Below, piece after piece: positions 1-7,801 of a stretch of 32,000 bases of DNA (position 1 is the stretch's first letter; the number at the start of each line of letters is the position of its first letter). The stretch is taken from NCBI GenBank assembly GCA_964360965.1, contig CAYHYM010000005.1, forward strand, positions 1 through 32,000. The letters run 5' to 3'. The notes beneath the pieces were generated by a model. It searched no databases. It saw nothing but the letters and a program-made list of their open reading frames with translations, and was not told where the DNA came from. Source of the stretch: an uncultured Gammaproteobacteria bacterium. GTDB lineage: Bacteria; Patescibacteriota; Microgenomatia; Daviesbacterales; UBA10151. Made by a program: the position numbers and the translations under genes.

Positions 1-119
1 AGGCTATTTTTACTGCTTTAGATAAAGAGTGGAGTAATTTTCCCAGAAAACAAGCTGAAAAATTTTCCTGGAATAAAATAGCAAATCAGTATCAAAAATT
101 AATTATGGAGATGTGTTAG
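1..119 (+). CDS. 3' end of a glycosyltransferase-like CDS (partial; starts upstream of the window)
   Basis: The frame is open from the window edge (codons from nt 3) to TAG at 117-119. The tail ...AEKFSWNKIANQYQKLIMEMC resembles the C-terminal helix of the GT4 genes in this window (compare KKFSWEKVAKETAEVY in 3080..4099). Confidence 0.5.
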   Translation, partial: AIFTALDKEWSNFPRKQAEKFSWNKIANQYQKLIMEMC

Positions 120-974
120 ATGAAAGTTTCTATAATTATTCCAACCTTTAATGAAGAAAAAGCAATAAGGGATTGTTTGAATTCACTTGCCAAACAATCA
201 TATTCTGACATGGAAATTATTGTAGTTGATGATGGGTCTACTGACAAAACTGTGGAAGTTTTGTCAAGTTTACAGTTTACAGTTTACAGTTTACAGACAT
301 TAAAACAAAAGCATCTTGGTCCAGGAGAAGCGCGAAACCTTGGCGCTAAAAATGCTTTGGGCGAAATCCTTGTTTTTGTGGATGCTGATATGACTTTCGA
401 TAAGTATTTTATTAAAAACTTAGTTGCGCCAATTGTTAGTGGGAAAACAATTGGCACATTTAGTAAAGAAGAGTATGTTTTAAATAAAGATAATGTATGG
501 AGTAGGTGTTGGAATATTAATAAGGGATTACCGCTGGATCGGATGCATCCAAAAGATTATCCAGATACCCAGAGCGTTTTTAGGGCTATTTTGAAAAAAG
601 AGTTTGATAAGGTAGGGGGCTTTACACCAATAGGTTATGTTGACGACTATACTTTGTCAGAAAAATTAAAAGCTTTAGCAACCGAGGCACCGGGTGCCAT
701 CTTCTATCATAAAAATCCGCAAAACTTGTCTGAGGTTTTTCAACAAGCTCGATGGATTGGGAAAAGTGTGTATAAAAGGAGAAAAATAAAAAATGAAATT
801 TTAATGAAGTTTTTCTCTATTATACGTTATTCTCCCCTATTTACTTTGATCAACGGAACGGTTAAAAGTTTGCTTTTTGGCATACCTCATTTTTTAGTTT
901 TTAAATTTGTATATGATTTGGGAGTGGAAATTTCCCTGCTGGGATCTTTTTTTGGTGAACAAAAATACAAATAA
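120..974 (+). CDS. Family 2 (GT-A) glycosyltransferase, possibly a membrane-associated polyprenyl-phosphate glycosyl synthase type
   Basis: A GGAGA Shine-Dalgarno sits upstream of the ATG. MKVSIIIPTFNEEKAIRDCLNSLAKQSYSDMEIIVVDDGSTDKT plus FVDADM are GT2 nucleotide-binding and DxD signatures. The C-terminal ~60 aa are hydrophobic. The CDS contains the 7-nt tandem repeat at 268-295. Confidence 0.85.
   Translation: MKVSIIIPTFNEEKAIRDCLNSLAKQSYSDMEIIVVDDGSTDKTVEVLSSLQFTVYSLQTLKQKHLGPGEARNLGAKNALGEILVFVDADMTFDKYFIKNLVAPIVSGKTIGTFSKEEYVLNKDNVWSRCWNINKGLPLDRMHPKDYPDTQSVFRAILKKEFDKVGGFTPIGYVDDYTLSEKLKALATEAPGAIFYHKNPQNLSEVFQQARWIGKSVYKRRKIKNEILMKFFSIIRYSPLFTLINGTVKSLLFGIPHFLVFKFVYDLGVEISLLGSFFGEQKYK
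268..295 (+). repeat. Perfect tandem heptanucleotide repeat (GTTTACA) x4 inside the GT2 CDS
   Basis: Read directly: gtttaca gtttaca gtttaca gtttaca. It is translated as SLQFTVYSLQ. The unit length is not a multiple of 3. Confidence 0.95.
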
Positions 975-975
975 A

Positions 976-2328
976 ATGATTTGGATAATTTTATTGCTGG
1001 CATTAATGCTTCGTTTGATTAATATAAATCAAAGTCTTTGGCTGGATGAGGCAACGCAAGCTATTTTATCTTCTAAATCTCTAGAGTATATCTGGTTTCA
1101 AAGAGGAGGAGATTTTCATCCGCCGCTATCTTATATTTTAACCCATTTTTGGTTGATGCTAGGTAGCAGTGAAATTTGGTTAAGGTTTCTACCAGTGCTA
1201 TTTGGAGTAGGAACTGTTTATGGAGTTTATCTTTTGGGTAAAAAAATGGTTGATCAAAAGTTGGGATTACTAGCTGCCTTATTTTTAGCAATAGCTCCAT
1301 ACCATATTTATTATTCACAGGAGTTTAGGATGTACTCTCAAGTTACTTTTTTTGCCACTTGGTCAATTTATTTTTTACTTACCACCGGAAGGCGGGCGTT
1401 TATCAGTACCACTGGAGCATTAATCTATACTCACTACATGGGGCTTTTTGTGATAGCAGCCCAGTTTTTGTATATCTTGGGATATCAGAAAAAACAGCTG
1501 TCATTGTATCTTAAAAATTCATCTCTAGTTTTAGTATTGTACCTACCTTGGTTGCCCCAATTTCTAACTCAGCTTCAAGTTGGAGTGAATATTGACCAAT
1601 ATTTACCCGGGTGGCGAGATATCCTAAGTTTATCACTGGTTAAAGCATTACCTCTAACATTTATAAAGTTTAGTCTGGGAAGAATAGATTTTGAGAATGT
1701 AGTTTTTTATGGTTTGGTAGCTATAGTAGTCTTGGGAGTTTTTGGTCTATTACTTCTCAGGGGAGTACAAAGCGCGTGGAGACAAAATCAGCTGCTACTG
1801 TACTGGTTAGCGGTTCCAGTTTTGCTTTCTTTTCTAATATCTTTTAAAATTCCTCTTTATCAACCCTTTAGACTGCTCTTGGTTTTACCAGCTTTTTATT
1901 TATTAATAGCCTTGGGGATTTCATCTTTGGGAAAATGGAAAAAATGGGCGATTACTGCAGTGATCTTTGTATCATTATCTGGTCTACTCTTATATTACAC
2001 TGACTCTAAGTTTCAAAGAGAAGATTGGAGGGGGGCTACGGAAGCATTTCCCAACGCGGTTTTTGCTTGGCCAGTTCCATTTGATCCTTATATTTGGTAT
2101 GGAGGAAAAGGAATTGGCGTGGTAAAACATTTTCCAGCCAAAGAGAATGAGGTAGCGCAAAATTTGGCTAATGCTAAATTAGAAAACCGAGTTTATGTTT
2201 TTGAATACTTACAAGCTTTATCTGATCCGCAGAGAATTACACAGCTAGAATTAATTAAGAATGGTTATAAATTAATAAAAACTCAAAATTTTAGAGGAGT
2301 GGGCTTTGTAAATTTATATCAAAGATAA
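976..2328 (+). CDS. GT-C fold glycosyltransferase (PMT_2/GT39/ArnT-like), polytopic membrane protein
   Basis: The track ORF starts at 907 but overlaps the upstream gene. The ATG at 976 (MIWIILLLALMLRLININQSLWLDEATQ...) lies 1 nt after the GT2 stop codon. The protein is multi-pass and hydrophobic throughout, with the short N-terminal loop typical of ArnT/PMT-like enzymes. Confidence 0.7.
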   Translation: MIWIILLLALMLRLININQSLWLDEATQAILSSKSLEYIWFQRGGDFHPPLSYILTHFWLMLGSSEIWLRFLPVLFGVGTVYGVYLLGKKMVDQKLGLLAALFLAIAPYHIYYSQEFRMYSQVTFFATWSIYFLLTTGRRAFISTTGALIYTHYMGLFVIAAQFLYILGYQKKQLSLYLKNSSLVLVLYLPWLPQFLTQLQVGVNIDQYLPGWRDILSLSLVKALPLTFIKFSLGRIDFENVVFYGLVAIVVLGVFGLLLLRGVQSAWRQNQLLLYWLAVPVLLSFLISFKIPLYQPFRLLLVLPAFYLLIALGISSLGKWKKWAITAVIFVSLSGLLLYYTDSKFQREDWRGATEAFPNAVFAWPVPFDPYIWYGGKGIGVVKHFPAKENEVAQNLANAKLENRVYVFEYLQALSDPQRITQLELIKNGYKLIKTQNFRGVGFVNLYQR

Positions 2329-2346
2329 AACACTAAGTTTATAGAT

Positions 2347-3090
2347 ATGGATTATTTAACAGATCAGCAATTGATAGATAATTTTGATATTAAAGAAGGA
2401 GACAGAGTGTTGGATATTGGAGGGAGTACAAAACAACATGATGTTATTGCCGTTGATACCATAGTTGATATTGTCAGGCCAGAAGAAGCACCTTATTGGC
2501 AATCGAAGATTAAAGCTAAACATTTTGTCAGATTGGATGTAACTAAGCAAAAATTGCCCTTTCATGATAAGGAATTCGATTTTTGCATTTGTACTCATAC
2601 TCTGGAAGATCTTGATACGCCATTTCTTATAATAGATGAAATGTCCAGGGTGGCGAAAAAAGGTTATATTGCTGTTCCAACTCGTGGTCAGGATTCGCAG
2701 TTTACACATTTTAACTTAACAGATTGGTTAAGTGGTCCAAGAAGGATTCCAGGATTGGCTCATCATCAATGGTTTTTTGAAATCATAGGTAATGAACTTC
2801 AAATAACACCTAAAAGTTATCCACTGTTATATACCCAAGAATTTAGTATAGTTAAATGGATTGGGGATGAAGAGCTTCAGTTTTATTGGGAAAACAAGAT
2901 TAGTCATAAAGCATTTGGAAGTGTTAATTTTCATGACCTGATTAAAAATTATAGGAATTTTATGTTAAAAAACAAAAAACTGATTAAAAAAGGTAGACCG
3001 GTGATATTTTTGGATAATCCTTATTTTATATTCAAAGAGTTAATTAAATTAATGCTTAAAAAGGGGGAAGGTTTTAAAAGTGGCGGATAA
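2347..3090 (+). CDS. Class I SAM-dependent methyltransferase
   Basis: VLDIGGSTKQ is a motif I-like G-rich loop. HTLEDLDTPFLIIDEMSRVAKKGYIAVP matches the post-motif II/III region of Methyltransf_11/23-type enzymes. Confidence 0.6.
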   Translation: MDYLTDQQLIDNFDIKEGDRVLDIGGSTKQHDVIAVDTIVDIVRPEEAPYWQSKIKAKHFVRLDVTKQKLPFHDKEFDFCICTHTLEDLDTPFLIIDEMSRVAKKGYIAVPTRGQDSQFTHFNLTDWLSGPRRIPGLAHHQWFFEIIGNELQITPKSYPLLYTQEFSIVKWIGDEELQFYWENKISHKAFGSVNFHDLIKNYRNFMLKNKKLIKKGRPVIFLDNPYFIFKELIKLMLKKGEGFKSGG

Positions 3091-4099
3091 AATTAAAATT
3101 GGAATGGATATATCTCAAGTGGCTCACAGTGGGGGAGTAGGAATTTATACTCAAAATCTAGCAGAACACTTATCAAAAATTAAAGATTTAGAGATGGTTT
3201 ATTTCTATTCCTCACTGCGACAACCATATAGAGGATCTTTAAAAAATGTGAAAAAATTTAGACTTCCTCCAACTCTGTTTGAAATGCTTTTTAATAGGTG
3301 GAGAAATGTACAAATTGAGAAATTTATTGGTCCTGTGGATTTATTTCACAGCAGTGATTGGATACAACCCCCCTCAAAAGCTAAAAAAGTCACTACTTAT
3401 CACGATGTCGTTCCCCTAAAATTTCCCCAATGGTCACATCCTAAAATAGTGACTGTACATAAAAGGCGTCTCCAATTAGTTGAGAAGGAGGTAGATATAG
3501 TAATTGCAGTATCAGAGTCTGCTAAAAAAGATTTGGTAGAAGTATCTAGTATCCCTGAAGAAAAGATTGTGGTGATCTATGAAGCGGCTGGCGACCACTT
3601 TAAACCACAACAGATAGGTAAGATTAAGGAGTTTAAAAAGCAGTTTAATTTACCAGATGATTTTGTGCTGAGCATTGGAGGAGTAGGTGAAAGGAGAAAT
3701 TTAAAAAGAGTTAAGGAAGCTACTAAAAATTATTCCTTAGTGATTGCCGGGCAAACAGTTCCCTATTTACCAAATGAAGATTTACCACTGCTTTATGCTA
3801 GTGCCAAAATATTACTTTATCCCTCACTTTATGAGGGATTTGGTTTGCCTATTTTAGAAGCTCAAGCTTGTGGCTGTCCTGTGATTACTTCTAATGTTTC
3901 ATCTATGCCTGAAGTAGCTGGCGAGGGAGCTATATTGGTAAATCCAAACTCTACGGAGGACATAATTAGGGGGATAAGGGAGATTGGGGAAATAAGGGAT
4001 AAGTTAATAGAAAAAGGTTTTGAGAATGTTAAAAAATTTTCCTGGGAAAAAGTTGCTAAAGAAACAGCCGAAGTTTACGGAAGATTAGTCAATAAATAG
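3080..4099 (+). CDS. Family 4 (GT-B) glycosyltransferase
   Basis: GTG start that overlaps the upstream gene by 11 nt. YEGFGLPILEAQACGCPVITSNVSSMPEV is the GT4 E-x7-E region. The tail has the FSWEK motif. Confidence 0.85.
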   Translation: MADKIKIGMDISQVAHSGGVGIYTQNLAEHLSKIKDLEMVYFYSSLRQPYRGSLKNVKKFRLPPTLFEMLFNRWRNVQIEKFIGPVDLFHSSDWIQPPSKAKKVTTYHDVVPLKFPQWSHPKIVTVHKRRLQLVEKEVDIVIAVSESAKKDLVEVSSIPEEKIVVIYEAAGDHFKPQQIGKIKEFKKQFNLPDDFVLSIGGVGERRNLKRVKEATKNYSLVIAGQTVPYLPNEDLPLLYASAKILLYPSLYEGFGLPILEAQACGCPVITSNVSSMPEVAGEGAILVNPNSTEDIIRGIREIGEIRDKLIEKGFENVKKFSWEKVAKETAEVYGRLVNK

Positions 4100-4116
4100 T
4101 TGAACCGGGGTATTTT

Positions 4117-4125
4117 TGTTATAAT
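4117..4125 (+). promoter_or_regulatory. Extended -10 promoter element TGTTATAAT, 6 nt upstream of the ATG at 4132 (predicted leaderless mRNA)
   Basis: tgt tataat ctgcgc ATG. There is no Shine-Dalgarno. A TTGAAC lies at 4100-4105, only 14 nt upstream of the -10. Confidence 0.5.
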
Positions 4126-4131
4126 CTGCGC

Positions 4132-5409
4132 ATGACGGAATTTGATTTGAATATTCCAGAGGTACCAGAATTAGCCGAGAAAGTACCATATATAACTAGA
4201 GGGAGAGTTGCACGAAAATTGTCTGTTATGGCGATGAGAAAATTTTTAACAAATGATATAGTGAGAAGGGGCATATTACCTACTAAGAGAACTAAATTAG
4301 TACTGAACAATTTAGAGTCACATCTCAATCCCAATTCAACCCCAGATCAAATAGTTCTGGATCATCTTTTCGCTGTAAGAGATGAGATTTTTCTTTTGGC
4401 AAATACTAATGAACATTTTGATGAGTGGATGAGGGATTTTGAATACTCGCAGGAACACATAGATGATCCTCCTCTCCACGATCATGTTTTAAGGTCACAT
4501 GAGAAAAGACAACGACCAAACGGTCAAATTCCGACAGCTGTCGGAATTTGGGGCTCAACTCCTTGGCACTTTGCCGATGATGAATCCACTCTTTTGTATA
4601 TCATTTCTGCAACCTCTTTAATTAGTAAAGATAAAGAAACTTTCCTAACGCCAGAAAGAGAAGAAGCAGTTGATAAGGCAGTATGGTTTACGAAACAGCA
4701 TGTCCACGACAGTCTATATGTGACTCCAAAGGGAGAAAGGAGAGGTTGGATTGATGCATTTATTCATCCAAGATCTGATGTAATAACACAAAATCAGGGA
4801 TTATATGCCGTAGCTTTAATGGGACTGAATAGCGTAGGGTATGGAATAGGGGGTTGGGAAATAGTGAGAGCCAAGGATTCCTATAGAAAGTTGGCAGAAA
4901 AAAGAGGGTATTTGCCTTATAGTGGGGTGTTTGATGAGGCAATAGGTCCTGGTTCTTTACACCCAGAATACTACGCTATAACAAGGTTTGGACAACGAAT
5001 GCTTTCCGATCAAATAGTTGAAGATACTATTGCGAATTTGCCAAGAAGTAGATATGGAGTTAAAGTTTTGGCAACCTCACCAAAAGGTGATTATTTTGAC
5101 CCAACATGCTTTGTGAAGCTTAGAGGAAAACCATATGAGAAGGGGGATTATCAAAATGGGGGAATTTGGAGAAAGTGGTGGAATGATGCTATGGTAGTTG
5201 GTGAACTGCACGGAGTTTTGGATGGGGAAGATAGAAATTATAGAAAAGTAATTTTGGATCAGGAAGATGCCACAAATTGGTCAGAGTACTCTCCTACGGG
5301 AGGAGAATATGAAGAAAAATTAATCGGTATAAGACCCTGGCATGTATGGGATGTTTCAGTACCTGCAACTCATAAAGTAGTAGATAAAGTTTTATCCAGG
5401 GCTGCTTAA
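4132..5409 (+). CDS. Cytoplasmic (alpha/alpha)6-barrel glycoside-hydrolase-like protein (GDE_C / GH63-like)
   Basis: 425-aa ORF with no signal peptide. PNGQIPT, FADDEST, QNQGLYAVAL and DYQNGGIWRKWWND resemble conserved segments of amylo-alpha-1,6-glucosidase and six-hairpin glycosidases. The family call rests on motif recognition only. Confidence 0.5.
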   Translation: MTEFDLNIPEVPELAEKVPYITRGRVARKLSVMAMRKFLTNDIVRRGILPTKRTKLVLNNLESHLNPNSTPDQIVLDHLFAVRDEIFLLANTNEHFDEWMRDFEYSQEHIDDPPLHDHVLRSHEKRQRPNGQIPTAVGIWGSTPWHFADDESTLLYIISATSLISKDKETFLTPEREEAVDKAVWFTKQHVHDSLYVTPKGERRGWIDAFIHPRSDVITQNQGLYAVALMGLNSVGYGIGGWEIVRAKDSYRKLAEKRGYLPYSGVFDEAIGPGSLHPEYYAITRFGQRMLSDQIVEDTIANLPRSRYGVKVLATSPKGDYFDPTCFVKLRGKPYEKGDYQNGGIWRKWWNDAMVVGELHGVLDGEDRNYRKVILDQEDATNWSEYSPTGGEYEEKLIGIRPWHVWDVSVPATHKVVDKVLSRAA

Positions 5410-5772
5410 GTGAGTTCTTCTTCTGACTGACCAAACTGGCCAGAAGCGAGAAATTCCATCGGGGAAACGCTCACGCGACCCTTCCTCAGCTTTAACTAGT
5501 GTTTCGTACTGTTCTCTTTCTAGCTCTAGGTGTCGGCTAAGTGGGAGGTAAGGATTTTGAGCTAATGCTTGAATGAGTGTAAATCCTGAGTAGCGATAGA
5601 GATAGCCTTGAAGAATTGGTGGTTCTATTAGACCTTGATGTGTGTCAGCTTGATCTGGAGTAAGTTCCTCATATTCTATACCAGTTTGACTTATGATTTC
5701 TTTGACTATTTGACTCTCCTGGGAATCATCTACCCATAGAATTACATGATCCATCTCTGCCTCTGTGGCCAT
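5392..5772 (-). CDS. Hypothetical protein, glutaredoxin/thioredoxin-fold-like but without any CxxC
   Basis: The track ORF starts at a TTG (5778). The ATG at 5772 sits exactly 6 nt downstream of TGCTAATAT. VILWVDDSQESQIVKEIISQTGIEYEEL...EPPILQG follows the Grx beta-alpha-beta ... cis-Pro layout, with DDSQES in place of CxxC. The region is GC-rich (48/100 G+C by hand count at 5406-5505). The 3' end overlaps the convergent gene by 18 nt. Confidence 0.5.
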   Translation of the reverse strand: MATEAEMDHVILWVDDSQESQIVKEIISQTGIEYEELTPDQADTHQGLIEPPILQGYLYRYSGFTLIQALAQNPYLPLSRHLELEREQYETLVKAEEGSRERFPDGISRFWPVWSVRRRTHLSSPG

Positions 5773-5800
5773 GGACAAATATTAGCATAACAGGGATAAT
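5772..5800 (+). promoter_or_regulatory. Sigma70-like promoter TGGACA-N17-GATAAT for the GT4 gene at 5810
   Basis: TGGACA at 5772-5777, a 17-nt spacer, then GATAAT at 5795-5800. The ATG is 9 nt downstream with no Shine-Dalgarno. This is a back-to-back divergent arrangement with the minus-strand promoter. Confidence 0.45.
5779..5787 (-). promoter_or_regulatory. Extended -10 element TGCTAATAT, 6 nt upstream of the ATG at 5772 (minus strand; predicted leaderless)
   Basis: The minus-strand reading is tgc taatat ttgtcc ATG. Confidence 0.45.
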
Positions 5801-5809
5801 CTTAGTAGT

Positions 5810-6946
5810 ATGAGAATTTGGATTGATGGGTATGAGGCTAATCAAAAAAATAGGGTAGGATCCGGGCAATATGCTTTTGAGATTTTAAGAAACCTGGAAA
5901 AAATTGATCGGGCTAATGAATATACTATTTTGCTGCCTCATCCTCCTCTTGATGATCTACTCAAAGAGAGAGATGGTTGGAAATATAAAGTTTTAAAACC
6001 ATCAAAACTTTGGACCAGAATTGCCTTACCCCTAGCTTTATACCTGAGTAAGGATAGACCTGATGTGATGTTCTCTCCTACACACTATATCCCCAGATTT
6101 TCTCCAGTCAAAAGAGTGGGAGTGATTTTTGATCTGTCATATTTACATTTTCCGGAGATGTTTAATGGAAAAGATTTATGGCAGCTTAGGAATTGGTCAA
6201 AATTTTCTATAGAGAATGCCAATCATATTATTACCATTTCTAATTTTTCCAAAAAAGATATTATCAGGGAATATGCAGTTGATAAAGATAAAATTACTGT
6301 GGCCTATCCTGGATTTGATAATCAACTTTTTCATCAAAATCAAAAAAAACAACAAATGGATAAGGTTTTGAAAAAGTATGGTATAAAAAGTGACTACTTT
6401 ATTTTTATAGGTACCATCCAGCCCCGTAAAAATCTGGCACGACTGATAGAAGCATTCAGTCGTGTTGTCAGTCGTGACAATGACTTAAAACTTGTGTTAG
6501 TTGGTAAAACAAAGGGAGAGGGAAGGCAGGGTTGGATGTTTGAAGAAATATTAGAATATCCTCGAAAACTTAGTATTGAAGATAAAGTTATTTTTACCGG
6601 ATTTGTTCCCACAAAAGAGTTACCTCCCCTTCTTTTTGGATCTTTAGCTTTTGTTTTACCTTCTCTTTGGGAAGGATTTGGCATACCTGTTTTAGAAGCC
6701 ATGGCTTGTGGGGTACCTGTTTTGGTTTCGAATACATCATCTTTGCCGGAAGTGGTGGGTAAGGCAGGATTAACTTTTGACCCCTACTCAGTTGACCAGA
6801 TTGAACAGGCGCTGCGAACTGTGATGTTTGATCAAAGATTAAGAACCAAACTTATTTCTGCCGGACCTGCTCAGGCCAAAAAATTCTCCTGGGATAAAAT
6901 GGCAAAGACTGTTTTAAAAGTGTTTGAAAAGGTTGGAAAATCCTAA
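5810..6946 (+). CDS. Family 4 (GT-B) glycosyltransferase
   Basis: WEGFGIPVLEAMACGVPVLVSNTSSLPEV is the E-x7-E region. The IFIGTIQPRKN and KKFSWDKMAK motifs are shared with the other GT4 genes here. Confidence 0.85.
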   Translation: MRIWIDGYEANQKNRVGSGQYAFEILRNLEKIDRANEYTILLPHPPLDDLLKERDGWKYKVLKPSKLWTRIALPLALYLSKDRPDVMFSPTHYIPRFSPVKRVGVIFDLSYLHFPEMFNGKDLWQLRNWSKFSIENANHIITISNFSKKDIIREYAVDKDKITVAYPGFDNQLFHQNQKKQQMDKVLKKYGIKSDYFIFIGTIQPRKNLARLIEAFSRVVSRDNDLKLVLVGKTKGEGRQGWMFEEILEYPRKLSIEDKVIFTGFVPTKELPPLLFGSLAFVLPSLWEGFGIPVLEAMACGVPVLVSNTSSLPEVVGKAGLTFDPYSVDQIEQALRTVMFDQRLRTKLISAGPAQAKKFSWDKMAKTVLKVFEKVGKS

Positions 6947-6989
6947 AGGTGTCAGCTAACCCTTAGGGTGTGCAATACATATATCAAAA

Positions 6990-7760
6990 TTAACCTAATA
7001 CAGAAACAGTACTCTCGTATTGCTGAGTTATTGCTTTTCTCATAGGCATAGGTATACTAAGGTTCCTAGACTGAGTCCAAAGAGCATGAGCTAATTGCCG
7101 AATATCTCTTCTATTACCTCTTGTGGACATCAACACCACATTAGCTCCAGTTGACATACGATCCTGCTCCAAGTCTCTCACATCATCTTCTAAATCCCAT
7201 AATGCCTGTCGTATGCGAAATGCTGCTGTTAAACCTGGATAATCAATACCATCAGTTCTTAATATCTCTCTATAAACAATAGAATCTGCTCCCCTGGATA
7301 ATAAATAATGTACAGCTTCATACATAGTAAATTGTTCTTTTCTTCTAATTCTTTGCCCAACATATTCCTCAAAGTAAAAATAAGTCATTGCTGCTTTTGA
7401 ACATCTTCGTACCGTTTCAGCAACCTCTTCTGGTAAAACAGCTAATGCTTGTGCATAAACAATGTCTGCCTGATCAATATAATCCACCACACCAGTTTCT
7501 GACCAGAAATCAACTAAACAAGCAGCAACCGCAACGCCTTTAATAGCTGCAACAGTTACAGGAGTGGCTCCCAAGTCCAAAGCTATTTTTGGGTTAATTA
7601 CCTTTGCCATTATTGACTCAACAGAGGTATCCGGTGGAAGATAGTTTGATTCTTCTTGTTTAATCAATCCAAGTGCATTATATATTCTACGAAGAGAGAA
7701 TGGTTGAAATCTATCATTTCTTATTTCAGGATTTGGAGAACCTGTTTCATGCGATGCCAT
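6990..7760 (-). CDS. Hypothetical alpha-helical protein with a weak isoprenoid-synthase-like Asp-rich motif
   Basis: Long ORF. The ATG at 7760 is preferred; a GTG at 7766 is an alternative. AFRIRQALWDLEDDVRDLEQDR loosely resembles the second DxxxD motif region of squalene/phytoene synthases (..FQ..N..RD...D....GR). DYIDQAD lies about 100 aa upstream. The product call is speculative. Confidence 0.5.
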   Translation of the reverse strand: MASHETGSPNPEIRNDRFQPFSLRRIYNALGLIKQEESNYLPPDTSVESIMAKVINPKIALDLGATPVTVAAIKGVAVAACLVDFWSETGVVDYIDQADIVYAQALAVLPEEVAETVRRCSKAAMTYFYFEEYVGQRIRRKEQFTMYEAVHYLLSRGADSIVYREILRTDGIDYPGLTAAFRIRQALWDLEDDVRDLEQDRMSTGANVVLMSTRGNRRDIRQLAHALWTQSRNLSIPMPMRKAITQQYESTVSVLG

Positions 7761-7770
7761 AACCACCTGA

Positions 7771-7779
7771 ATTATAGCA
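7771..7779 (-). promoter_or_regulatory. Extended -10 element TGCTATAAT upstream of the 6990..7760 CDS
   Basis: The minus-strand reading is tgc tataat tcaggtggtt ATG. That gives 10 nt to the ATG and 4 nt to the alternative GTG. Confidence 0.45.
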
Positions 7780-7801
7780 AAATTTAAGTTAAAATTCCGA
7801 T

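Noticed and set aside
907-975. Upstream extension of the GT-C gene to the ATG at 907 given in the ORF track.
   Set aside because: It would overlap the GT2 gene by 68 nt and add a non-hydrophobic, Trp/Cys-rich leader. The ATG at 976 starts directly with the expected TM helix 1 nt after the upstream stop.
2356-2709. 117-aa minus-strand ORF inside the methyltransferase gene. Similar antisense or alternate-frame track ORFs occur at 1073..1318, 4119..4334, 4760..4942, 6394..6702, 8310..8654, 8955..9158, 10675..10860, 11600..11788, 12041..12289, 13360..13671, 14603..14791, 14950..15177, 16971..17153, 19028..19225, 21541..21744, 21838..22056, 22394..22603, 23023..23313, 23579..23806, 24035..24277, 25712..25918, 26165..26875, 26919..27137, 27990..28568, 28642..29151 and 29189..29371.
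   Set aside because: Each lies entirely within a longer ORF that has clear family motifs on the other strand or frame. Their products are low-complexity or Leu/Ser/Phe-rich, as expected for shadow ORFs in AT-rich DNA, and none has its own start signals.
5392-5800. The GC-rich segment might be a structured RNA gene (RNase P RNA, tmRNA, 6S) and not a CDS.
   Set aside because: I found no RNase P P4 motifs (AGGAAAGUCC, ACAGAA..CGGCUUA) and no tmRNA ends (GGGGCUGA..., ...UCCACCA) on either strand. The region carries an uninterrupted 127-codon frame with a promoter-ATG layout identical to other genes here.
6947-6989. Possible bidirectional terminator between the convergent GT4 (plus) and hypothetical (minus) genes.
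   Set aside because: Only a 5-bp CCTAA/TTAGG pairing with a large loop is present, with no flanking T- or A-runs. That is too weak to call.
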